This document shows positions 13,638 through 20,956 of a DNA stretch of 36,070 nt, in pieces. How positions within the stretch are numbered: the stretch's first letter is position 1; each line of letters starts with the position of its first letter. Both the position numbers and the translations under genes were made by a program. The DNA is from a virus. The notes below the pieces were generated by a model, which did not search any database, had not been told where the DNA came from, and saw only the letters and a list, made by a program, of their open reading frames with translations. The stretch is taken from positions 1 to 36,070 of the IMG/VR virus record IMGVR_UViG_3300045988_179149, one strand, 5' to 3'.

Positions 13638-14314
13638 CTACTCATCGACGCCGAGCGCCGCCGCTATCTCTTCCCTCGCCGCCAGCGCCGAGTCCCTACG
13701 TCGCTCGTTTCTGGCGCGCTCGCCCGGCGATATGATCCGCTGCGGGGCATTGACGCGCTTCCTGGCATCCTCGGTGAACCCGTAGTGAAAGCACCTGAGC
13801 TCATGCTCGATCATGTCGAGCAGGCGCGTCTTGTCGTCCCACAGGTTGTCGGGCTCAAGGCGAACGGAGACCCGCGAGCGCGCCGGCAGCTGGGAGTAAA
13901 GGACCTGCCAGCGGCAAAGGTCCTCGTCCGTCGCCCCGTCGAACCCGCCGCCGAGCGGCAGGTCGATGCCGTACGTCTCCCGGAAGTCGGCGACGACCTC
14001 TCCCCTCATGCAGGTCCAGGCGGCGGCGAAGCTTGCTAGTTTTTTGCCGCGGCCTCCATGGCGGCCTGGAAGAATGCGCCCCAGCGCTCCGCCGAGCAGT
14101 CCTGCCCGTCTTCGCCGAGCGCGTCCATGTACTCGACGGTCTTGCCGTCGAAGATCTCGTCCATCGCGTCCCACACCTCGTGCATCTTCTCGGGGATGCC
14201 GTCGTAGGCCATGGCGCGCTGCACCTTCATGGACTGCATGGCCTTCTTGTTGATCTGGTACTTCTTGCCGTCAAACTCGAACTCGATGGCGCCCTCGGGG
14301 CGCTTGGCTGCCAT
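13638..14314 (-). CDS. Tail assembly chaperone GT (-1 frameshift fusion product)
   Basis: The -1 frame ORF 13638..14174 continues KKLASFAAAWTCMRGEVV... from the slip site. Coordinates mod 3 fit a -1 shift on the minus strand. Confidence 0.7.
14036..14314 (-). CDS. Tail assembly chaperone G (92 aa)
   Basis: ATG overlaps the major tail stop (TAATG). Ends ...AAAKN* on the slippery heptamer. Confidence 0.75.
   Translation of the reverse strand: MAAKRPEGAIEFEFDGKKYQINKKAMQSMKVQRAMAYDGIPEKMHEVWDAMDEIFDGKTVEYMDALGEDGQDCSAERWGAFFQAAMEAAAKN
14039..14045 (-). promoter_or_regulatory. Programmed -1 ribosomal frameshift heptamer A_AAA_AAC
   Basis: The minus strand reads GCA AAA AAC TAG. This is a canonical X_XXY_YYZ heptamer in the zero frame, directly before the G stop. 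Confidence 0.7.
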
Positions 14315-14901
14315 TAGGCCGCCGCCGTCTCGGTCGACTCGATGTAGTCGTAGCAGGTGTTGCCGTCCTCGTCGGTGAGGTACTTCATCGTCAGGGCGCG
14401 CTGGCAGAGCTCGGAGCTGGAGATGGTAAGGTCGTCGAGCTCGGAGGACTGGCCGCGCGGCACAACCTTGGTCCACTTGCGGCCGTTCTTCAGGAGGAGA
14501 AGCAGCACGTAGGCAAAGGTCGGGTGGGAGTCGGAATTGTGCTTGACGGTGATCAGGCCGCCCTCGTCGGTGACGTTGTCGTCGCCGTACTGGCGCTTGA
14601 GCGTCTCCTCCTTGATCTCGGCGAGCGTGAGCTGTGCGGACTCCACTCGGTTGGAATTGCTGGAGTCCATGAGGTCGCCGTTCATGTCGACCGTGTCGTT
14701 GGAGTCCTCGGAGACGGACTCGACGTAGCCGTCCTCGGAGACAAAACCGAGGCACTTGAATGCGGGATCGAGCTCGTTCTTGTTCTTGATGACCTTGTCC
14801 GGCAGGGTGGTGCCGACGGGGGCCGAGAAGATGTAGCCGCCCTTCACGCCCTTTCCGGCGCTGACGTTGTTGGAGTTGTTCGCGTTGCTGACTTCGGCCA
14901 T
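14314..14901 (-). CDS. Major tail protein (TP901-1/phi13-like, 195 aa)
   Basis: ATG after GAAAGGAA. Position upstream of the chaperones. No sheath gene is present. Confidence 0.75.
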   Translation of the reverse strand: MAEVSNANNSNNVSAGKGVKGGYIFSAPVGTTLPDKVIKNKNELDPAFKCLGFVSEDGYVESVSEDSNDTVDMNGDLMDSSNSNRVESAQLTLAEIKEETLKRQYGDDNVTDEGGLITVKHNSDSHPTFAYVLLLLLKNGRKWTKVVPRGQSSELDDLTISSSELCQRALTMKYLTDEDGNTCYDYIESTETAAA

Positions 14902-14918
14902 TCGCGCGTTCCTTTCTA

Positions 14919-15272
14919 CTACTCGCAGACCCAGAGCTGGACCTGCACCACGTACCTCGCCCTGCGCGTGTCAGGGTCGGGCATCTTGTATTGGTTCGTG
15001 ACCTCCGGGTGGAAGACGTTGGGCAGCTCGTCCTCAAGGGACGGGACGGCCGCCTTCACCTTCTCGGCGAGGGCTTTCGCCGGCTTCCTGCCGCCCTTGC
15101 CCTCGGTCCCCCAGCAGTCGATATCGAGCTGTACCGGCTCCAGGAAGCCGCCGCCCCCTCCGACCTGCTCGACGGTGACGTACGGCTCCGGGTGACCGGA
15201 GACCGGCTCGAGCGTCGCGTCCGAATCGGTGAGTTCGCACAGGCAACGCGCGACTTCGGCCTCAATATCCAT
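14919..15272 (-). CDS. Tail terminator / tail completion protein (117 aa)
   Basis: Called from its position between the neck genes and the major tail protein. Confidence 0.5.
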   Translation of the reverse strand: MDIEAEVARCLCELTDSDATLEPVSGHPEPYVTVEQVGGGGGFLEPVQLDIDCWGTEGKGGRKPAKALAEKVKAAVPSLEDELPNVFHPEVTNQYKMPDPDTRRARYVVQVQLWVCE

Positions 15273-15276
15273 GTGG

Positions 15277-15570
15277 TCATCCCTTCGAAGACAGGGCCGC
15301 CTTGGTCAGCAGCTTGTGCTTGGCCTGCGCGCGTTTTGCGTGACTCGTGTTCGCGCGAACCGAGAAGCCCTTCGCGAGCTTGCCCTGGCACTTCCTGACG
15401 GTGAATGCCGGGACGTCGTGGCCGTCCGGTGAGAGCATCGACGTCGCGCGGGCGGCGATGCCCTCGGCCTTGCCCCTGAGCATGCCCTGGAGCGCGGCGT
15501 TGCCGTCCATCGCCTCGGCGTAGCCGCCGCGATTCCATTTGAACTTCCCCCAGATGTACTCTCTAGCCAT
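15277..15570 (-). CDS. Neck protein (HK97 gp10-like, 97 aa)
   Basis: Internal ATG (MAREYIWGKF...) overlapping the upstream stop. Called from position. Confidence 0.45.
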   Translation of the reverse strand: MAREYIWGKFKWNRGGYAEAMDGNAALQGMLRGKAEGIAARATSMLSPDGHDVPAFTVRKCQGKLAKGFSVRANTSHAKRAQAKHKLLTKAALSSKG

Positions 15571-15907
15571 CGGCCGCCTCCAGCTCGACCGGGTAGCACC
15601 AGCGTCCCGGGCACGCCTCGGGGGCGTAGGGCCTCGGGTCGCCCACGACGCGCAGCTCCTCGCCGCGCACGCGGACCGAGCATCCCTTGAGGCGGATTCC
15701 GGCCATGTCCCTCGGGAGGTGCACCGTGTATGCCACGGTGGCGCCCTCCGGCCGCGAGGCATCGAGGTCTGCGGTGGCGCCGGGCGCCACGACGGCATCG
15801 ACCTCGCGCTCATCTACCGCCTCGGAGACAGGCTCGTGGAGGTCGTCGTACACCGTCTTGCGGGAGATGATCGCGACCGTCTCGGTCGGTATCCCCGCCA
15901 TCGGCAT
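15563..15907 (-). CDS. Head closure / head-tail adaptor protein
   Basis: Starts at the GTGATG junction after GGGAGGAGG. Called from position. The start could be 15910, 15907 or 15901. Confidence 0.5.
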   Translation of the reverse strand: MPMAGIPTETVAIISRKTVYDDLHEPVSEAVDEREVDAVVAPGATADLDASRPEGATVAYTVHLPRDMAGIRLKGCSVRVRGEELRVVGDPRPYAPEACPGRWCYPVELEAADG

Positions 15908-16311
15908 CACGCCTCCTCCCAGCGGTCAGCGGCGGTCACGGGCTGGATGCTGCGCACGCGGCACCCGGCCAGACCGAGCCGCTTGAGGTCGGAGCGCCCC
16001 AGGTAGAGGTCTCCAGTCGGATTGGCGAACGTGACGCTCGACGAGTACGGCCCGGTCGTCTGCGACTGCTGGGTGATGCCAGCCATGGCACCGGGCGCGT
16101 TGACTGCCCGGGCGACCATGGCCACGCAGACGGACTTCACGTTCTCATCGAACGTGGGGTTCGAGCCGGCGAGGTACTGGACACCCATACGGCGCCGATA
16201 TGCCCCGCGCAGGTACGCAGAGGCATCGTCGAGCAGCGCGGCAACCCTGGCCTCGTCCTCGGCGGCACCGCAGCGCGCGACATAGTCGGCGACGGTCGCG
16301 AAGGCGTCCAC
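15907..16311 (-). CDS. Head-tail connector (gp6-like, 134 aa)
   Basis: GTG overlaps the upstream TAG. Called from its position after the capsid genes. Confidence 0.5.
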   Translation of the reverse strand: MDAFATVADYVARCGAAEDEARVAALLDDASAYLRGAYRRRMGVQYLAGSNPTFDENVKSVCVAMVARAVNAPGAMAGITQQSQTTGPYSSSVTFANPTGDLYLGRSDLKRLGLAGCRVRSIQPVTAADRWEEA

Positions 16312-16652
16312 TAGAGCGTCTCCAGGATGGCGATGAGCTCAGCCTTGGTCGCCTTGCGCGGGGCGAAGCCGTTGGCGGCCTCGATGGCATCGCGCAGCTG
16401 CTGCACGGTCATCTCGGGTGAAGGCTTCTCGCGCACGGGCTGCTCGGGCTCGTTGTCCACGACGTCCTCCTCCTCGGCGCCATCGTCCTCAACGGGCTCC
16501 GCGGCGGCCTCCGTCTCGGCGGGCGGGAGGTCGACGTGGCCGAGGGCGGACAGCTCCGCGAAACGCGCCTCGGTCAGCTCGACCTCCTCCCCCACGAGAT
16601 GCACCGCGAGGGTCTCGCGGTCACGATACGGGTAGGTAACCAAAGCGATCAT
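16311..16652 (-). CDS. Head-associated protein with an acidic linker and a C-terminal HeH/Rho-N-like motif (113 aa)
   Basis: ATG after AAGGAG. C-terminus TVQQLRDAIEAANGFAPRKATKAELIAILETL. Confidence 0.5.
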   Translation of the reverse strand: MIALVTYPYRDRETLAVHLVGEEVELTEARFAELSALGHVDLPPAETEAAAEPVEDDGAEEEDVVDNEPEQPVREKPSPEMTVQQLRDAIEAANGFAPRKATKAELIAILETL

Positions 16653-16671
16653 GGATGCTCCTTAGGGTTGC

Positions 16672-17517
16672 CTAGGCGGTCGGGGCGATGGTGCCCTTGA
16701 CCACGAAGTCGATGTACTCGGCGAAGAACACGAGGCCGACGTAGGCCACGGTGTCGTAGGTCAGGCTCTTGAGCTCGGGCGAGTGGGACACGGCGATGTA
16801 GCCGCTCTCGTCGGAGTAGAAGCCGAACAGGTCGTCGCCGTCGGTCGGGGCGACGTAGACCTTGATGTTGTCCTTGACGGTGGCGTAGATCGTGCCCGCG
16901 GCGACGGAGCCGGTGGACACGAGCGTGCCGAGGCCGGCCCAGTTCTCGATGTAGGAGATGCCGAAGGCGCTGAAGACCTCGGAATCGCCGATCTGCTTGG
17001 CGAAGTCGACCGGGTTGGCGAAGTAGACCGTCTCGCCGCTGCCGAAGCCGTACTCCTCGGTGAGGTTGGACAGGGCGGCCCAGGCGTTCGCGGCGGTGGC
17101 CACGAGGCTCTTGCCGGTCGCGGCCGTGGTGCCCTCGGCGCCGAGCGCGGCGACGAAGTCCTTCTTGATGTTGCGCTGCATGTCGGAGATCATCGCGGCG
17201 TCGGTCTTGTCGACGGCGCCGTCGTAACCGCGCTTCTTGACCTCCTGGAGCGTGGTCTGCTTGCGGTAGGGCTTGAGCGTCACCTCGTAGGTCGTGACGT
17301 CCTCGTAGGCGTAGCTGGAGAGCGGGATGTCCTGGCCGGGGGTGTACTCGGCCTCGGAGAGCTTGCCGGTGATCTTCTTCTGGTGCAGGGTCTCGCCCAC
17401 GGCCGCATGGATGGGCGCGCAGGTGGACAGCATCGCCGTGAGCTTCTCGAGCGACTTGGTGAAGGTGTTCACGAGGTCGACGTTGCGCGCCGCTGCGAGG
17501 GTCTTGATATCGGGCAT
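16672..17517 (-). CDS. Major capsid protein (281 aa)
   Basis: ATG after GGGGAGAAAGGGG. Position after the scaffold. The composition is unlike the Arg-rich overlapping frames. Confidence 0.8.
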   Translation of the reverse strand: MPDIKTLAAARNVDLVNTFTKSLEKLTAMLSTCAPIHAAVGETLHQKKITGKLSEAEYTPGQDIPLSSYAYEDVTTYEVTLKPYRKQTTLQEVKKRGYDGAVDKTDAAMISDMQRNIKKDFVAALGAEGTTAATGKSLVATAANAWAALSNLTEEYGFGSGETVYFANPVDFAKQIGDSEVFSAFGISYIENWAGLGTLVSTGSVAAGTIYATVKDNIKVYVAPTDGDDLFGFYSDESGYIAVSHSPELKSLTYDTVAYVGLVFFAEYIDFVVKGTIAPTA

Positions 17518-17535
17518 TGGGGCCCCTTTCTCCCC

Positions 17536-18057
17536 TTACTTGAAGAGGTCGATGTTGGCGGCGATGGCCGCCATGCGTTCCTTCTTGTCCTCGATCCCGA
17601 GGATGTCCTTCTTGGAGGGCTTGCCGGGCTTGGGCTTGCCGCCTGCCTCGGGCGCCATCGGCGCGCCGCCCGCCGGTTTCGTGATGGCCGCCACGGCCTT
17701 GGCCTGCTCGGTGAGGGCGTCCTCGTCCTCGCCGTTGAGCGTCGCCACGATGGAGCGGTCGAGTCCGGTGGCCTTGGCCACGGAGTCGACGAGCGCGGAT
17801 CGGGCGGCGCTGGCCTTGAGCGAGGCGTTCTCGCTCTCGAGCGCGCTCAGGCGCTCCTCGACGGTCGGGTCCGGCTTGGATGCCGCGGCCTTGAGCTCGT
17901 CGAGCTCCTTGAGGTTCGCCTTCGAGCGGCTCTCCCACTTGCGCGACTCCTTCAGCGCGTTCTCGTAGAGCGCCTTGTAGTCGGGCTCCTGACCGGCGTC
18001 TCCGTCCTGTGCAGGCTCGGTCGGCTTGGTCTCGGTGGGCGTGGTCTCCTGGGCCAT
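17536..18057 (-). CDS. Scaffolding protein (173 aa)
   Basis: ATG after GGAGGGAG. Charged and coiled-coil-like (LKELDELKAAAS..LSALESENASLKAS). Directly upstream of the capsid gene. Confidence 0.7.
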   Translation of the reverse strand: MAQETTPTETKPTEPAQDGDAGQEPDYKALYENALKESRKWESRSKANLKELDELKAAASKPDPTVEERLSALESENASLKASAARSALVDSVAKATGLDRSIVATLNGEDEDALTEQAKAVAAITKPAGGAPMAPEAGGKPKPGKPSKKDILGIEDKKERMAAIAANIDLFK

Positions 18058-18072
18058 GCTCCCTCCATTTCC

Positions 18073-18108
18073 GCCCCGTGCGGGGCATCGTCTTGCCCCG
18101 TGCGGGGC
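18073..18108. repeat. Two copies of the 14-nt palindrome GCCCCGTGCGGGGC, 8 nt apart
   Basis: Copies at 18073-18086 and 18095-18108, in the leader of the scaffold gene. Confidence 0.8.
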
Positions 18109-18120
18109 GCTTTTCGGCAT

Positions 18121-18146
18121 GAAAAAGGCCACCCGTGCGGATGGCC
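18121..18146 (-). terminator. Rho-independent terminator after the tRNA pair
   Basis: The minus strand reads ggccatccgcacgggtggcc followed by tttttc. Confidence 0.6.
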
Positions 18147-18159
18147 TGGTTCAACGTTT

Positions 18160-18244
18160 TGGTCGGGGCGGCGGGACTCGAACCCGCACGGGCGATGCCC
18201 GCGTGCTCCTGAGGCACGTGCGTCTGCCATTCCGCCACGCCCCG
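18160..18244 (-). tRNA. tRNA-Leu(CAG), 85 nt, long variable arm, CCA encoded
   Basis: Hand-folded: CGGGGCG/CGCCCCG acceptor, U8, anticodon arm CGTGC-CTCAGGA-GCACG, variable arm cgggcatcgcccgt, T-arm GCGGG-TTCGAGT-CCCGC. Confidence 0.8.
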
Positions 18245-18245
18245 A

Positions 18246-18319
18246 TGGCACCTGGCCGAGGAATCGAACCCCGGTAAGCGGTTTTGGAGACCGCCGCACT
18301 GCCATTGTGCTAGCCAGGT
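18246..18319 (-). tRNA. tRNA-Trp(CCA), 74 nt, CCA encoded
   Basis: Hand-folded: ACCTGGC/GCCAGGT acceptor, anticodon arm GCGGT-CTCCAAA-ACCGC, T-arm CGGGG-TTCGATT-CCTCG. Confidence 0.8.
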
Positions 18320-18372
18320 GTGTATAATCTCATTTGAAAAGCCCTGGGCGTGCTGGATAGCTAACCTGGGGC

Positions 18373-19545
18373 TTATTTCTTTATGTCGTCTATGGCCCCG
18401 CCCCTGGTCAACAAGATGACGCGGTCGATGTCATGCCTCGACATCTCGAGCCGCACGCGCTTCAGCGCGTCCTCTCTTGTCACAGGGACTTCCTCGCAGT
18501 TAAGCACGACGATAGAGGGCCTTACCGGCCCACCTTCCACCTTTTCGAACTGCCGCACTGCCTTTCTTATATTGCGCTCGATGAACCTAAGCCCGTTGAT
18601 GCCAGACGCATCGCTTGTCGGGCTCTTCAGCTCGCATAGCTTGCCGTCGAGCAGCAGGTCGATATTGGAAAAGCCCTCCGGCGCGTCCTCCTTGCGGACG
18701 ACGACCTCGTGACCGGCCGCCCGAAGCGCCTTGTGCGCCGCGAGGTCGTAGGAGCCGCCGCGCTCGTGCGCGAAGGTCTTTTTCGGCTTCTCGTACACGA
18801 CTGGAGGCCCAGGCGAACCGAGCACGGCACGCTTCGCCGCGTCCTTGTCGGCGCTCGTCAGGCTTTCGTTCTCGTCGATGTTCTTGAACTGTGCCCACTG
18901 CTCGCGAAGCTCCTCGGGACGCACGCCCTCCACGAGCTCCGCGTCCGGGTCGTCCTCGAAGCCGGGGACCACCTTGCAGTCGCAGTGGCGGTGGAAGTGC
19001 CTGAACTCGCCGGCGGACTCGCGCGTGTGGTAGACCGCGCCGCGGCTCGCGAGCATGATGCAGAAGGTGCAGGTCTCGAAACCCGTCGGCACGCGCGCGA
19101 AGCGCACGCCCCTGTCCTTGTCGCGGCCCACGTTGGAGATGATCGTCTCGTTCAGGCTGCGGAACGCGTCGTTCCTGGCGTACTCGCCGCACGCCCTCGC
19201 GAACGCCCCGTCGCCGCCCTTCACGAGCTTCTTCGCCTGGTAGCGCGCGACCTCGTCTACGGACTTCGGCCTGTAGGTCGTCACGGTGACGGCCTGCTGC
19301 AGCCTGGCCCCGTTGCGCTCGGCGAGGTCGTCGTACCACTGCGCCGCGAACTCCGCCGCCACGTCGTCGTAGCCTTGGACGAAGCCCTCCATGATGAGCT
19401 TCGCGGCCTCGCGCTTCTCGGCGACGGTCGCGTCCCCGTGGGCGCAGCACCAGGCGAGCACGGCGGCCTCCACGTCTGATGCCGCCCTGTCGCCTATCTT
19501 CGCCACGGCGCGGTTGTAGGCCGCGAACTCGGCCGCGCTAATCAT
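18373..19545 (-). CDS. MuF/SPP1 gp7-like minor head protein fused to a C-terminal PD-(D/E)xK-like nuclease/toxin-like domain (390 aa)
   Basis: N-terminal part: FARVPTGFETCTFCIMLASRGAVY...HRHCDCKVVP, directly downstream of the portal. C-terminal roughly 145 aa contain NIDLLLDGKLCELK (D..ExK). Confidence 0.65.
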   Translation of the reverse strand: MISAAEFAAYNRAVAKIGDRAASDVEAAVLAWCCAHGDATVAEKREAAKLIMEGFVQGYDDVAAEFAAQWYDDLAERNGARLQQAVTVTTYRPKSVDEVARYQAKKLVKGGDGAFARACGEYARNDAFRSLNETIISNVGRDKDRGVRFARVPTGFETCTFCIMLASRGAVYHTRESAGEFRHFHRHCDCKVVPGFEDDPDAELVEGVRPEELREQWAQFKNIDENESLTSADKDAAKRAVLGSPGPPVVYEKPKKTFAHERGGSYDLAAHKALRAAGHEVVVRKEDAPEGFSNIDLLLDGKLCELKSPTSDASGINGLRFIERNIRKAVRQFEKVEGGPVRPSIVVLNCEEVPVTREDALKRVRLEMSRHDIDRVILLTRGGAIDDIKK

Positions 19546-20956
19546 CGGCGGGCGGCGCGGGTTCTGCCGCCTGGGTGACGCCCGCCATCAGGTCGAGCGC
19601 CGCCGAGCGCGTCACGTTGCGCCTGATCTCGGACGAGACGTTGCGCACCTCGTCGTCATCGAGGCCGTTGAGGCGCCAGAAGGTCGGCGTGCCGGCGAAG
19701 CCCTCGACCACAGACGCGAGCTTGATGGAGCTGTCGGTCTGCTGGGCCAGCGTCGGCATGGCGGGGTTCAGGAAGTGGACGGACACGCCGCAGGCGTCCT
19801 CGGCCTCCTCATAGGAGCACCCGAGTTCCGTGGCGATCGCGGCGGTCGCGGCATTCGCCAGCGCCGCCTTGGCCTCGCGGATGAAGCTCTTGCACTTGAG
19901 GATGAGCGGCTCGTTCTCGGCGTAGATCGCCTCGGCGGAGCTGGGGTTGTCGCTCATGATGCCGAACTGTCCCACGTGGATGCCGGTCGCGGCGCTCATG
20001 CGCTTGCACAGGTTGCCGAAGTGCTCGGTCATGGGCTGCATGCTCGGCTGCGTGAGCTGGCCGAACTGCGGAATCGTGCCGTCCTCGGTCTTGGTGACCT
20101 CGAAGATGGAGCCGATGAAGGCGCTCCACTTGGTCTTGTCGGCGAACGCGTCTCCGTCGGTGCCCAGCAGGTACTTCTGCGTGGACGCGGCGAACGCGGC
20201 GGCGATCTCCTCGTTGACGTTGGCGCGCATGGCGCAGTCTATGTTCCAGCGCACCTCGGAGTTGATCCTGGACACGCCGAACGGTCGGTCGTCATCGGGA
20301 TTGTGCGGCATGACGAACATGGGCACGGCGCCCAGGCCGTGCTCCACGTACTCCGCCGCCCACTCGTTGCGGCGAACCTCGCGGATGCGCACCATGCGGT
20401 CCGGCAGCATCACGTTGACCCAGTCCGGGCGGTTCGTGGGCCGCCCGCGGTCCTTGGCGAAGGAGACGACGAACATGCCGGAGGACAGGCACTCGTGGAC
20501 GTCGTCCCAGATGCCCGTGCACAGGGTCGGCGGGTACGCCGAGATACGGGCGTGCCCGTCCTCGTCCGCCGTCACCACAAGCATGGAGAAGCAGTACTTG
20601 AGCGCGGAGTTGACGGCCTTGCCGACGCGCGTGGCCATCTTGTTGCGCTTGGCCACGGAAGTGAGCAGGCCGTCGAAGTCCTCGTCGTCGGGGCACGTGA
20701 ACCCATCGAAGGCGATGTGGTCGCGCATGACCTCCACGCACTTGTATCCCCAGCCGCACGCGACCTCCAGGTCGCGCAGCGAGTCGGGCACGGCGATGCC
20801 GAGGTCCTTGAGCATGTTGCGCGCCTCGTAGTAGTCCGAGCGCAGGAGGTTGCCCTTGTAGTGGGTCTGCCAGCTGTTGAGCAGGCAGCGCACCGTCTCG
20901 CGGTCCTCCTCGAGCAGGCCGTCGGCGGACGCCACGGCGTAAGGAATCGAGATCAA
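19538..20956 (-). CDS. Portal protein (about 472 aa)
   Basis: TTG start overlapping the TerL stop (CACTTGA) after GGCGAGGG. The upstream 185 codons of ORF 19538..21511 are an Arg-rich out-of-frame overlap of terL. The start is uncertain (alternative GTG at 20935). Confidence 0.75.
   Translation of the reverse strand: MISIPYAVASADGLLEEDRETVRCLLNSWQTHYKGNLLRSDYYEARNMLKDLGIAVPDSLRDLEVACGWGYKCVEVMRDHIAFDGFTCPDDEDFDGLLTSVAKRNKMATRVGKAVNSALKYCFSMLVVTADEDGHARISAYPPTLCTGIWDDVHECLSSGMFVVSFAKDRGRPTNRPDWVNVMLPDRMVRIREVRRNEWAAEYVEHGLGAVPMFVMPHNPDDDRPFGVSRINSEVRWNIDCAMRANVNEEIAAAFAASTQKYLLGTDGDAFADKTKWSAFIGSIFEVTKTEDGTIPQFGQLTQPSMQPMTEHFGNLCKRMSAATGIHVGQFGIMSDNPSSAEAIYAENEPLILKCKSFIREAKAALANAATAAIATELGCSYEEAEDACGVSVHFLNPAMPTLAQQTDSSIKLASVVEGFAGTPTFWRLNGLDDDEVRNVSSEIRRNVTRSAALDLMAGVTQAAEPAPPADD

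Noticed and set aside
16649-18327. ORFs 16649..18238 (529 aa, minus) and 16783..18327 (514 aa, plus)
   Set aside because: They run across the capsid gene, the scaffold gene and both tRNAs in the wrong frame or strand. The sequences are Arg/Gly-rich low-complexity. The capsid and scaffold frames have proper ribosome-binding sites and balanced composition.
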